A stretch of 43,842 nucleotides of DNA, from NCBI GenBank assembly GCA_029780875.1, contig JAKOXU010000053.1, positions 1 through 43,842 on the forward strand. Reading direction: 5' to 3'. A program made the translations under genes and the position numbers. Below the pieces are notes generated by a model that saw nothing but the letters and a program-made list of their open reading frames with translations, searched no databases and had not been told where the DNA came from. This document shows, one piece after another, positions 35,886 to 43,842 of this stretch. This stretch comes from Bacillota bacterium (GTDB taxonomy: Bacteria; Bacillota; Clostridia; Oscillospirales; Acutalibacteraceae). Each line of letters starts with the position of its first letter. The stretch's first letter is position 1.

Positions 35886-36641
35886 TTACAGTACATCGCG
35901 CTTTGTGATTACAACCCAGAAGGTGGAAAAGAAGATTTTAAGGTCCAGCCATGGACCGATATTGTCAACATAATAAAGGTCCCATTCTTCCCGCTGTTCC
36001 AAACTGGCATTGCTTCGGCCGTTGATTTGAGCTAACCCAGTAATGCCCGGGCGGACACTCAACCTTTTAATGATGTGGTTTTTGGAAAGCTGCCATGTTT
36101 CGCTGGGAATAAAGGGACGGGGACCTATTAGGCTCATGTCGCCCTTAAAGACATTGATAAATTGAGGAAGCTCGTCTATACTGAAGTTTCGCAGAAACCT
36201 GCCGACTTTCGTAACCCTCGGATCGCCCTTTGCCTGAGAAAACCCATTTTCTCCGCGCACTTCTTTATGTGCTAAGTCGTTATCCGCATACATGCTGCGG
36301 AATTTGATGATTTTAAAGCAGCGCCCGTTCTTCCCTATCCTTTCCTGCAAAAACAAAGGATTGCCCCTTGATTCAAGGACAATTGCCAAAGAAACAAAGG
36401 GGAAAACCAACGCAAATATTACAATGCCGAAAAGGGAAACAACTATATCAAAGAGCCTTTTAAAGAAAAGGTAGAGTTTTCGGCCTTTTTTATATTCTTT
36501 ATTTGAGGGTATAAAAAGGATATTTTCAAGAGTAAAATCGGCGGGAATATTGTCGGCAGTTTCCGCGGTCGTGACATCTTCAGTAACGGCTTCAGGACTT
36601 GCGAACTCCTCAAAAGCGGTTACTGTGTTTTGTTTGCTCAT
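35886..36641 (-). CDS. small monotopic phosphoglycosyl (bacterial sugar) transferase, EpsL/PglC/WbaP C-terminal type
   Basis: Contains KRLFDIVVSL, RIGKNGRCFKIIKFRSM, DELPQFINVFKGDMSLIGPRP and PGITGLAQ. Confidence 0.9.
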   Translation of the reverse strand: MSKQNTVTAFEEFASPEAVTEDVTTAETADNIPADFTLENILFIPSNKEYKKGRKLYLFFKRLFDIVVSLFGIVIFALVFPFVSLAIVLESRGNPLFLQERIGKNGRCFKIIKFRSMYADNDLAHKEVRGENGFSQAKGDPRVTKVGRFLRNFSIDELPQFINVFKGDMSLIGPRPFIPSETWQLSKNHIIKRLSVRPGITGLAQINGRSNASLEQREEWDLYYVDNIGPWLDLKIFFSTFWVVITKRDVL

Positions 36642-36713
36642 ATTTCAACTCCTCGAGCCGCAAAATGATTTGGGTCGAATGTTGCACTACCTTTTTTTGC
36701 ACAACCAAGCATT

Positions 36714-36741
36714 ATTATAGCATATTTTGCTTTCAAGTCAA
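36714..36741 (-). promoter_or_regulatory. sigma-A-like promoter of the sugar transferase gene
   Basis: On the minus strand, TTGACT is at 36741-36736 and TATAAT at 36719-36714, with a 16-nt spacer. Confidence 0.6.
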
Positions 36742-36817
36742 CCAAAAAACCCAAATGCGAAAGGGAGAGGTCACGGTTACATTATTGGCAGACCGCAAGG
36801 ATTTATGCATGAATTGT

Positions 36818-37558
36818 TTAGCCAACCCTTTCCAAATCTTTTTTCAGCCTTTCGATAATTCGCTTTTCAAGCCTTGAAATATAGGACTGGGAAATCCCTA
36901 AAGTGTCGGCCACTTCCTTTTGGGTGTGCTCCTGCTGCCCGCAAAGGCCAAAGCGGAGCTGCATTATGGCCCGTTCCCGTTCGGACAGGCGGTTTATTGC
37001 CTCCATGAGCAAGTCCCGCTCCACTTCCTGCTCTATTTCCCGATTGACGATATCATTGTCGCTGCCCAAAACATCGGAAAGGAGAAGCTCATTTCCGTCC
37101 CAGTCCACATTAAGGGGTTCATCGATGGAGACTTCGTTGCGCAAAGGGGAGCATTTGCGCAGAAACATGAGGATTTCGTTTTCAATACACCGCGAGGCAT
37201 ATGTGGCGAGCTTTATGTTTCTTGAAGGGCAGAAAGTTTTAACGGCCTTGATAAGGCCTATGGTGCCGATGGAAATTAAGTCTTCCACTCCCGCCCCCGA
37301 GGTTTCAAATTTTCTTGCTATGTAAACCACAAGCCGCAAGTTATGGGTGATAAGGGGCTCCCGGGCTGAGTTGTCACCGGCCTCGATGCGCATGAGCAGG
37401 GCTGCTTCCTTCTCCTGGGACAGGGGAGCAGGAAGGGTTTCGGGGCCATTTATGTAGTAAATAAGAGGCTTTAGAACCCGGCTTTTAAAAAAGAACCGGA
37501 TCAGGAAAAGTGTAAGCTTTATCCGAATTATTCTAAACAGTTTTCTCAACAACCCCAC
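36818..37558 (-). CDS. sigE: sporulation sigma factor pro-sigma-E
   Basis: Has a hydrophobic/basic pro-sequence followed by [14 protein letters not shown], then [14 protein letters not shown] and [11 protein letters not shown]. The start could be the GTG at 37558 or a TTG up to 9 nt downstream, after AGGTGGGG. Confidence 0.9.
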   Translation of the reverse strand: MGLLRKLFRIIRIKLTLFLIRFFFKSRVLKPLIYYINGPETLPAPLSQEKEAALLMRIEAGDNSAREPLITHNLRLVVYIARKFETSGAGVEDLISIGTIGLIKAVKTFCPSRNIKLATYASRCIENEILMFLRKCSPLRNEVSIDEPLNVDWDGNELLLSDVLGSDNDIVNREIEQEVERDLLMEAINRLSERERAIMQLRFGLCGQQEHTQKEVADTLGISQSYISRLEKRIIERLKKDLERVG

Positions 37559-38465
37559 CTCTTCTTTTTTCTTTTTGCTTAAATCTCAAAACCTCCGGAT
37601 TTATAAGTGCGCTAAATTCGCCGTTTGCCAGATTGTCTTTACATGCAGCAATATAGGTGTCCTTTACCTCAAAACAAATGTCCTTGTTTTTTAGGATGAT
37701 TATGTCCGGCTTGAAGGCCGGCAAAAGGCCGCTACTTCCCACCGAATTGTAAGGGATTACCCTAAAACGGGCGCTCCATTTGCCGGCGGGGAAATCGTTT
37801 TTTGGAGAGTTGTTACTCAATATGGCATAAAATGAGAATTTTAGGCTATCCGGGAGTATTCTTTTCAGGCTGTCCCATTCGACTATGATTACCGGCTCTT
37901 CGGAAAAGATTTCGGTGAGGGTGTTTCCCGTGTCCACAATGCCCTTTACCGTGGCGCTTTTGCCGTCGGCGTAGATTGTCAGGTCAAAGGCGGATTTGAC
38001 TGGCGCCTTGTGGGAAAAGAGCAGGCTGTAAAGCTTTATCAGCATATATGACAAGACAGACAACAAAATCAACATTAGGGGGGATATGTCAAAATAGACT
38101 ATGCCGTTGTTTATGAGCAGTCCGTTTGGAGCCAAAAAGAGCCACAGGGCAAACATAATGCCTGCAAAGGAAAAGTTGATGGCATAAAAAGCTATGAGAG
38201 TCAATGCAAACCTTCGCTCATTCATAAAGCCAAAGGAAATGAGGACGATTAGCATTGAAAAAAGCAGCTTCATAAGGGCTGAATATGTAAAGCTGATTAT
38301 AGGGAAGAAGATGACAAGTGAATACAGGGCGCCGGACAGGGCGCCTAAAAAAAGTTTTGTCTTCTTTGCCTTGTGGCGCAACAGCCTGGAGACGGACAAA
38401 AGCATCAGGTAATTGATTATAAGGTTGCTTGCCAGCAGGACATCCACATATACGACCTGTTCCAT
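37533..38465 (-). CDS. spoIIGA: sigma-E processing peptidase SpoIIGA
   Basis: Five N-terminal TM segments begin [16 protein letters not shown], and the C-terminal domain carries the aspartic protease motif VDTGN. It overlaps sigE by 26 nt. Confidence 0.9.
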   Translation of the reverse strand: MEQVVYVDVLLASNLIINYLMLLSVSRLLRHKAKKTKLFLGALSGALYSLVIFFPIISFTYSALMKLLFSMLIVLISFGFMNERRFALTLIAFYAINFSFAGIMFALWLFLAPNGLLINNGIVYFDISPLMLILLSVLSYMLIKLYSLLFSHKAPVKSAFDLTIYADGKSATVKGIVDTGNTLTEIFSEEPVIIVEWDSLKRILPDSLKFSFYAILSNNSPKNDFPAGKWSARFRVIPYNSVGSSGLLPAFKPDIIILKNKDICFEVKDTYIAACKDNLANGEFSALINPEVLRFKQKEKRRGGVVEKTV

Positions 38466-38488
38466 AAAATCCTCTCCCGTCCCTTATA

Positions 38489-38522
38489 ATTATATGCACT
38501 GGGAGGGGTGCCATTATGTCAC
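38489..38522 (-). promoter_or_regulatory. candidate spoIIGA promoter with a 22-bp spacer
   Basis: On the minus strand, GTGACA is at 38522-38517 and TATAAT at 38494-38489, with a 22-nt spacer. TGTC-containing 0A-box-like heptamers lie upstream, for example TGTCGCC at 38552-38546. Confidence 0.45.
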
Positions 38523-38568
38523 AATTTAGGACAAGAGAAAATTTTGGCGACAGGGAATAGGGGACAAT

Positions 38569-38601
38569 GCAAAAAGGGAAAGCCGTTAAAGCGGCTTTCC
38601 C
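38569..38601 (-). terminator. intrinsic terminator of the CotF-like operon
   Basis: GGGAAAGCCG pairs with CGGCTTTCCC (38576-38601). On the minus strand the hairpin is followed by TTTTTGC. Confidence 0.75.
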
Positions 38602-38605
38602 TTCA

Positions 38606-38869
38606 TTACTGCATGGTTTGGTACTTTTGCCTTGTAGAGGAGATTTGTTGCATCTCCGCGGGCTTTATCTCATACCAGCCCCGCTTGCTCATTTCCGTAA
38701 ATATTTCGGCTTGAATCTGGTGCTCTTCGTTTAAGATTTTCATAAAATCGTTTCTGACATCGGGGTTTGCGCATTCGTTGGCAAAGTTGTTGTAGTTGCT
38801 CGTCATCAGTTTCTGGGATGACAATCCATCGTGCAGAAGTTCTTTGTCTCCCATTGGATTTTGATTCAT
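38606..38869 (-). CDS. CotF-like (Coat F domain) spore coat protein
   Basis: 87 aa with DKELLHDGLSSQKLMTSNYNNFANECANPDVRNDFMKILNEEHQIQAEIF..M..RGWY. Confidence 0.8.
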   Translation of the reverse strand: MNQNPMGDKELLHDGLSSQKLMTSNYNNFANECANPDVRNDFMKILNEEHQIQAEIFTEMSKRGWYEIKPAEMQQISSTRQKYQTMQ

Positions 38870-38881
38870 ACTACCTCTCCT

Positions 38882-39067
38882 TTAGCTTAAATGATTCATT
38901 AAAATGTTGTAGTGTTGCTGGTGCTTTTGTGCGATTTGCTGGCATTTTGCCTTGATTTGCGGGTCGGTGCTCATGTTGGCGTAGGCGTTGAACTTTTTGA
39001 TGAGGCTCTGTTCCATGCTGAGCTGGTCTTCGATTGCCGACAGTTCCTTTGTGGTAAGCGTTGCCAT
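38882..39067 (-). CDS. small CotF-like helical protein, partner of the downstream CotF gene
   Basis: 61 aa starting from the ATG at 39067, which lies 8 nt after AAGGAG. The LTTKELSAIEDQL..EQ.L..K...YA....DPQIK....IAQKH..HY pattern resembles the first half of a Coat F domain. A 12-nt gap separates it from the next gene. Confidence 0.6.
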   Translation of the reverse strand: MATLTTKELSAIEDQLSMEQSLIKKFNAYANMSTDPQIKAKCQQIAQKHQQHYNILMNHLS

Positions 39068-39138
39068 ATACTTGCACTCCTTTACTGATGATATATTGTT
39101 AATATTTTGTCCGACAAAGGCTTTTATATGCAGGAAAA

Positions 39139-39167
39139 GCAAAAAACGCCGCTTTGAAAGCAGCGTT
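39139..39167 (-). terminator. intrinsic terminator after mazF
   Basis: On the minus strand, AACGCTGC-tttcaaa-GCGGCGTT (one G-U pair) is followed by TTTTTGC. Confidence 0.7.
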
Positions 39168-39188
39168 TTATGAAGATGATTTGAGGTA

Positions 39189-39569
39189 TTAAGTGGCCTC
39201 TTTTTCCAAGAGGTCGTTGTTGTAGTTATCAAGGCCAAAACTTATGGATAAAGCCTGATTTACCAATTCCATGGAAGCTTCGTCGAGCCTGCCGAGTCTT
39301 TCGCGAAGCCTTTGCTTGTCTATTGTCCTGATTTGTTCAAGCAGCACAATGGAGTCCTTGGCAAGCCCGCTTTCTGAGGAATTGAGCTTTATATGGGTGG
39401 GAAGTTTGGCTTTATCCCGTTGGCTTGTTATAGCCGCAGCAATTACCGTCGGACTGAAACGGTTTCCGATATCGTTCTGAACAATTAGTACAGGTCTTAT
39501 GCCTCCTTGCTCTGAGCCCACAACCGGGCTCAGATCGGCATAGAAGATATCTCCCCTTTTAATGTTCAC
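39189..39569 (-). CDS. mazF: MazF/PemK/EndoA-type endoribonuclease toxin
   Basis: (M)NIKRGDIFYADLSPVVGSEQGGIRPVLIVQNDIGNRFSPTVIAAAIT...LPTH...DSIVLLEQIRTIDKQRL is close to B. subtilis EndoA as I recall it. I prefer the GTG start at 39569; an in-frame ATG at 39698 would add 43 unrelated residues. Confidence 0.9.
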   Translation of the reverse strand: MNIKRGDIFYADLSPVVGSEQGGIRPVLIVQNDIGNRFSPTVIAAAITSQRDKAKLPTHIKLNSSESGLAKDSIVLLEQIRTIDKQRLRERLGRLDEASMELVNQALSISFGLDNYNNDLLEKEAT

Positions 39570-39749
39570 TTCTTCCACGCTCCGGCTTGGAAAATTTAGA
39601 TTTGATTTTGCTGTACTTATTTTTGCCAACAACCCCCCAAAATAATCATCAAAATAAATCTTTTGGAGCGAGATATTTTCATTGAAAGGGCAAATCATAA
39701 GGCTCTCTCACTATATTTTATAAAGAAATCGAAATTTTGACATAAAAAC

Positions 39750-39775
39750 AATGCCGCGCTGGAAAACGCGGCATT
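39750..39775 (-). terminator. intrinsic terminator of the acpS-nnr-lipoprotein operon
   Basis: AATGCCGCG (39750-39758) pairs with CGCGGCATT (39767-39775). On the minus strand the hairpin is followed by GTTTTTAT. Confidence 0.75.
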
Positions 39776-39850
39776 AGAATTTTAGCTTATTAAATTATAA
39801 TAACAAATATTTTGTATTCAAAACAGCCAGAAAATATGAGGAAAAGCTAA

Positions 39851-40366
39851 TTATATTTTTTTGAAATCTTTAAAGGTGACGGAGAGCTTAATGGAGGGCA
39901 GAGCCAGCGTGGCGATTTCTCCCGTTTCCTTGTTGACGCTCAACTGAAAAGGGCCGGAGTCAATGCTTCCGGAAATGAGCAGGCTGTCCCCATCCTTTTT
40001 TATATCAAGCCCGTTGACGGCTGTCAAGGCGTCCAGCACCTTTACTATTGCGTCCCCAAAGGCGGCGTTGGGAAGGCTTTGAGGGGAGATGGACTGCTTT
40101 AGCCCAAGATAGGACATGATGATTTCAGTGCCGGTCCACTCAAAGGTCATACTCTTTAGCAGAAGAGGCTTTGTCATTTCAATTTTGCACTGTCCGGGGG
40201 CCGTTCTGGTTATCTTTGCTTCATAATTGTTGTCTTGATAGTTTACAGAGATATTTGCCTCAAATCCGTCTGTTAGGCTTTCGGGCATTTTTTCCTGACT
40301 TTTGGCACATCCCTGTAAAATCAACATCAGGACAATAACAAAAATAAGCAACCGATAACGCATCAA
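39851..40366 (-). CDS. hypothetical lipoprotein
   Basis: 171 aa with a signal peptide and lipobox (LMLILQGC). I recognise no family with confidence. Its position matches that of the B. subtilis ydcC lipoprotein gene. Confidence 0.7.
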   Translation of the reverse strand: MMRYRLLIFVIVLMLILQGCAKSQEKMPESLTDGFEANISVNYQDNNYEAKITRTAPGQCKIEMTKPLLLKSMTFEWTGTEIIMSYLGLKQSISPQSLPNAAFGDAIVKVLDALTAVNGLDIKKDGDSLLISGSIDSGPFQLSVNKETGEIATLALPSIKLSVTFKDFKKI

Positions 40367-40372
40367 ACCACC

Positions 40373-41908
40373 CTATCGTTCAAATTCTAAAAAGACAAAG
40401 GGCAAATTGTCCAACATATCAGATGGGGTCATGCTGTGCTGGGAAAGTTTTTTCGCGGTGTTGTCTCCGGCGGCTCCATGCATGTAAACTGCGCAGATGG
40501 CAGAGTCAATGGGGCTTATCCCTTGGGCAGCAAAGGAGGCAATCATTCCCGCAAGCATGTCCCCGCTGCCTCCCTTGGCCATGCCGGGATTGCCTGTGGT
40601 GTTGATGTAGATTTCCCCTTCTGGGTCGGCGATGACGGTGTTGGCGCCTTTTAAGACAAGAATGCAATTATACTGCATTGCAAAGCGTCGGGCAGTACCG
40701 ATCCTGTCGGATTGAATCTGTAAAGTATTAGTACTTAACAGGCGTGCCATCTCTCCCGGATGGGGTGTGAGAATAACCGGACATTTTGCTTCCTTCAAGA
40801 TATGTATATTCCCGGCAATAGCATTTATTCCATCAGCGTCAATTATTAGGGGGCAAACACAGTTACGCACGATGGAAGCAACTATTTCCCTTATGTCGGG
40901 GCAGTTCCCCAAACCGCAGCCTATAAGGCAGGATTGGGCGTATTTTACTCTGTCAAGTAATTCGCCTTTACAGGATGCGGACAGGGTGCCTTGTCCCGTT
41001 TCATCCATAGGATGTATGATGGGTTCCACAAGGCGGGAAGCAACAAGGGGCACGCACGACTTTGGGGTAGCAAGGGATACGAGCCCGGCGCCACACCGTA
41101 CCGCCGCTTTGGCGGCTAATACTGCAGCTCCCGTCATGCCCATACTGCCACAGATACATAGCGCGCGGCCAAAATCGCCTTTGTGGCTGTCAGAGCGGCG
41201 GGGTTTTATTATCTGCGAAATCATTACTTTGTCAATTACCTGTATGTGGGAGTCTACGCTTTTTATTGTTTTTTCGCTGATTCCGATGTTGGCGACTAAC
41301 AGCCTGCCGCAGTAGCCTGCAGCTGGGTATGTAATATGAGCGGGTTTTAGTGTGGTAAAGGCGATGGTAAAGTCGGCCTTTATGCAGCTTTCGTCCACAA
41401 GGCCGGTGTCGCAGTAGGTGCCGCTTGGCAAATCAAGGGATACTCTTATAGCTGGAGACTTGTTAATTAAATTGAAAAGCTCAGAAAGATGCGGCTGCAC
41501 CGTGCCGCGAAAACTGATGCCGAAAACTGCGTCTACCAGTATGCCTGCCTGATTTAAGGCAAGCCTGATTTCCGTTGGATTTCTGTCAATGTGCAGGATG
41601 GGAATGTTTAAGCTTAAAATCCTGCTGAACATTTCCATGGCTTCGGGAGTTTTGGGGGTTCCGCAAGCCAGTACAACCCTGATATCGGCTCCTGCTTCGT
41701 ACAGTTTTTGGGCCACCACGAGGCCGTCGGCTCCGTTGTTGCCGGAACCGCAGACGATGGTGACCTGACGGTCGCTTACGCCTATTCTTTCGCGGATAAT
41801 GCGTGCAGCAGCCGAACCTGCATTGAAGACAAGGCGGCTCAATTCAATTCCGCTTTCACTGACCTTTGCCTCAACTTCTCTAATCTGTTCAGATGTCAGG
41901 ACAACCAT
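40373..41908 (-). CDS. nnr: bifunctional NAD(P)H-hydrate repair enzyme Nnr (epimerase plus ADP-dependent dehydratase)
   Basis: The N-terminal YjeF-N domain has CGSGNNGADG. The C-terminal carbohydrate-kinase domain has GGSGDMLAG. The ATG at 41908 lies 6 nt after GGAGGTG. Confidence 0.9.
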   Translation of the reverse strand: MVVLTSEQIREVEAKVSESGIELSRLVFNAGSAAARIIRERIGVSDRQVTIVCGSGNNGADGLVVAQKLYEAGADIRVVLACGTPKTPEAMEMFSRILSLNIPILHIDRNPTEIRLALNQAGILVDAVFGISFRGTVQPHLSELFNLINKSPAIRVSLDLPSGTYCDTGLVDESCIKADFTIAFTTLKPAHITYPAAGYCGRLLVANIGISEKTIKSVDSHIQVIDKVMISQIIKPRRSDSHKGDFGRALCICGSMGMTGAAVLAAKAAVRCGAGLVSLATPKSCVPLVASRLVEPIIHPMDETGQGTLSASCKGELLDRVKYAQSCLIGCGLGNCPDIREIVASIVRNCVCPLIIDADGINAIAGNIHILKEAKCPVILTPHPGEMARLLSTNTLQIQSDRIGTARRFAMQYNCILVLKGANTVIADPEGEIYINTTGNPGMAKGGSGDMLAGMIASFAAQGISPIDSAICAVYMHGAAGDNTAKKLSQHSMTPSDMLDNLPFVFLEFER

Positions 41909-42290
41909 TTTCGGCACCTCCAATGATAATTACTATAACGGATGCCAGTTCCCTGGTATGGGTTACGCTGACTTTGATGTCTGTTTCAGGGTTTTTGCAT
42001 ATTCTTTCGGCAAGTTCCCGTGCCTTTCCAGAGAGCTTTAAATAAGGCTTGCCGCTTTTTTCGTGCAGAAGTTCCACTTCGGTGAGCTTAAAGCCCCTGA
42101 TTCCCGTACCCAAGGCTTTGCCGAAAGCTTCCTTCGCGCAAAAGCATGCCGCAAGGCTTTGGGCAGGCAAGCCCTTTGCCGACAGCTCGTCAAGTTCCTT
42201 TTTGCCGTATACTTTTTCTAAGAATCGCGGAATTTTTGCTGATTTTGCGATTCGGGATATTTCCACAGAGTCAATTCCAACCGAAAGCAT
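41889..42290 (-). CDS. acpS: holo-[acyl-carrier-protein] synthase
   Basis: Begins MLSVGIDSVEISRI and contains FCAKEAFGKALG. 133 aa. Confidence 0.9.
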   Translation of the reverse strand: MLSVGIDSVEISRIAKSAKIPRFLEKVYGKKELDELSAKGLPAQSLAACFCAKEAFGKALGTGIRGFKLTEVELLHEKSGKPYLKLSGKARELAERICKNPETDIKVSVTHTRELASVIVIIIGGAENGCPDI

Positions 42291-42816
42291 CGCTGGCCAC
42301 CAATCTTGGCAAATATGGCTTTATTGCTTGCAGGACCTTTTCATTCGGCTCAAAAATCAATAGAGTATTGCCAAAGGCTCTGTCCTTGAAAGCGCAGCAC
42401 CAAAGGTTCGGGGATTTGGGGTCTGAACCTGCAAAAATCACCTTTCTGAAATTCTTTTGTCCGTTGTTACCCGTGTATTTTTTAAAGGTTTCAATGTTTT
42501 TGGCACTGAAACTGACAATCCTTTTTCTTTTGCGTTTTGATATGATTTTGTCTATGTCGATTTCGCCGTTTATGACGGAATATTCATATTCCACATTAAA
42601 ACTCATCAAAAGCTTCCATAGCAGGTAGCCTATGCCGAAAACCACAAAAAATAGGATATTAAACAATACAGCATATCTTCTTGCCAATACGAATAAGAAA
42701 ACAAACACTAATAAAAATCCCAATGAAATAAGGACCATGGTTATATAATCCACTGTACTCTTTTTTCGTTCAACAATTTGTTCGGTTATGGTGTCCATCG
42801 GCCATGCGTAATTCAT
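42271..42816 (-). CDS. hypothetical two-TM membrane protein
   Basis: 181 aa starting from the ATG at 42816, 8 nt after AAGGAG. It has two adjacent TM segments followed by a soluble C-terminal domain, and it overlaps the acpS start by 20 nt. Confidence 0.6.
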   Translation of the reverse strand: MNYAWPMDTITEQIVERKKSTVDYITMVLISLGFLLVFVFLFVLARRYAVLFNILFFVVFGIGYLLWKLLMSFNVEYEYSVINGEIDIDKIISKRKRKRIVSFSAKNIETFKKYTGNNGQKNFRKVIFAGSDPKSPNLWCCAFKDRAFGNTLLIFEPNEKVLQAIKPYLPRLVASDAFGWN

Positions 42817-43070
42817 CCCCGATTCTCCTTTACTTTTATTTAAAGGGGGAAACTCCAAATTATTTTGATTCTAATTAACTATAGAAACATTATAACACAA
42901 GCTGGGATATTATTCAAACTAATGAAACAGAGGGGCAGCTTTTGTATTGGTTAGTATTGTCTATATATCTTTTTCAAATAAAATTTATTGAAAATTGATA
43001 AAAATATATTGACTTTTGGAAGAGAGCGTGATATTTTTGAGATAAATTAAGGTTCTTGGAGTGAGCGTTT

Positions 43071-43535
43071 ATGTGGATAGTTGCAAAACCTTGGTTCCCA
43101 AAGTTTTTACAAAGACTAATTACCCTTGCGATGGTAATAGGCGCGGCAATAATCATTTTTTTGCCGGCGGTGGTGTATTTTTCGTTGGAGCTATATGAGA
43201 GAAATTACAGCGATTACTTCTTTATTTCAAGGCTGTGCCTTTTGTATCCGTCGGGGATTTTGGGTTTTATGATACTGTTTGAGGCAAGGGAGATGCTGAA
43301 AAGGATTAACAATGACAATCCCTTTGTTTATGAAAACGCAAGGAGGATAAAGCACATAGCCGTATATTCGGCTGGGCTGTGCGTCCTTCATGGGGCAGGG
43401 GCAATATTTATCCACTCCTTTTTCATCCCTATATTTTTTATTGTTTTCGGTCTGACGGCATTGTTAGTGGCGGTACTTGGCGAGCTGTTCTACAAGGCCG
43501 TCAAGTATAAGGAGGAAAACGACTATACCATTTGA
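43071..43535 (+). CDS. DUF2975-like membrane protein
   Basis: 154 aa with four TM segments and the NPF..EN..R...I motif typical of DUF2975. It is followed by a YozG-type HTH gene, which is the usual pairing. Confidence 0.75.
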   Translation: MWIVAKPWFPKFLQRLITLAMVIGAAIIIFLPAVVYFSLELYERNYSDYFFISRLCLLYPSGILGFMILFEAREMLKRINNDNPFVYENARRIKHIAVYSAGLCVLHGAGAIFIHSFFIPIFFIVFGLTALLVAVLGELFYKAVKYKEENDYTI

Positions 43536-43553
43536 TAGTAAAGGAGTAGCCTA

Positions 43554-43784
43554 ATGCCGATAATTGTGAACCTTGATGTCATGATGGCAAAAAGAAAAAT
43601 GAGTTTAAATGAGTTGTCGGAACGGGTGGGGATAACTCTTGCCAATTTGTCTATCCTGAAAAACGGCAAAGCAAGGGCGATTAGGTTTTCCACCCTTGAG
43701 GCTATATGTAAGGCTTTGAATTGCCAGCCGGGCGATATACTGGAGTATGTTGAGGATGGCGACTCAAGGTTTGCAAAAGATTGA
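43554..43784 (+). CDS. Cro/C1 (XRE)-type helix-turn-helix regulator, YozG-like
   Basis: IIVNLDVMMAKRKMSLNELSERVGITLANLSILKNGKARAIRFSTLEAICKALNCQPGDIL. Confidence 0.85.
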   Translation: MPIIVNLDVMMAKRKMSLNELSERVGITLANLSILKNGKARAIRFSTLEAICKALNCQPGDILEYVEDGDSRFAKD

Positions 43785-43805
43785 TTTTGACGAGGAGGTT
43801 TTTGC

Positions 43806-43842
43806 ATGCAAGACATTGATACTCTTGAAAAGACAAAAAATA
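43806..43842 (+). CDS. 5' end of an unidentified gene that runs off the window
   Basis: The ATG at 43806 lies 6 nt after GAGGAGG. Only 12 codons are visible. Confidence 0.3.
   Translation, partial: MQDIDTLEKTKN

Noticed and set aside
39570-39698. In-frame 43-codon region upstream of mazF, considered as a fused or hidden antitoxin
   Set aside because: It has no RHH, AbrB or MazE-like pattern, only a weak SD, and a hydrophobic/aromatic composition. I kept it only as an alternative start in the mazF finding.
1-43842. Scan of the whole window for tRNA, rRNA, CRISPR arrays, IS elements, integrases, and phage or defence modules
   Set aside because: None was found. Every intergenic region longer than 150 nt is AT-rich promoter or terminator DNA, and every ORF longer than 150 aa is accounted for by core, sporulation or envelope genes.

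Overview
This window looks like a core chromosomal segment of an endospore-forming Clostridia-class Firmicute. I found no rRNA, tRNA, CRISPR array, transposase, integrase or phage module. About 43 protein genes are supportable.

Housekeeping genes: uppP, ftsK/spoIIIE, a SEDS protein, fhs, tsaE-tsaB, a pseudouridine synthase, mreB, murC, cca, a type III glutamine synthetase with nadE, alr, nnr and acpS.

Sporulation genes: spoVG, dpaA-dpaB, sigG, ylmC/ymxH, sigE, spoIIGA and two CotF-like genes.

Other content: a small, more AT-rich capsule-regulation module (Wzz, BY-kinase, PHP phosphatase, with a divergent CapD-like dehydratase), a sortase-type surface protein, a fused NfnA-NfnB oxidoreductase, a MerR/TipA-type regulator, a MazF toxin, and a DUF2975 plus HTH pair.

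I do not see a convincing new multi-gene system. The points worth a second look are local:
- Hairpins at sigG and dpaA that occlude the ribosome-binding site and appear to carry a sporulation-type promoter inside them.
- sigG-ylmC inverted relative to spoIIGA-sigE, with a sugar transferase gene between them.
- A mazF with no upstream antitoxin gene and with alr displaced about 7 kb away.
- An apparent 1-nt frameshift in an A5 run that removes the signal-peptide start of the surface protein.
- A helically phased array of GTTACA direct repeats upstream of an unknown secreted protein.
- A terminator-like hairpin in the short leader of the glutamine synthetase gene.

All family assignments come from motif recognition by eye on the translated ORFs. 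No database search was run.
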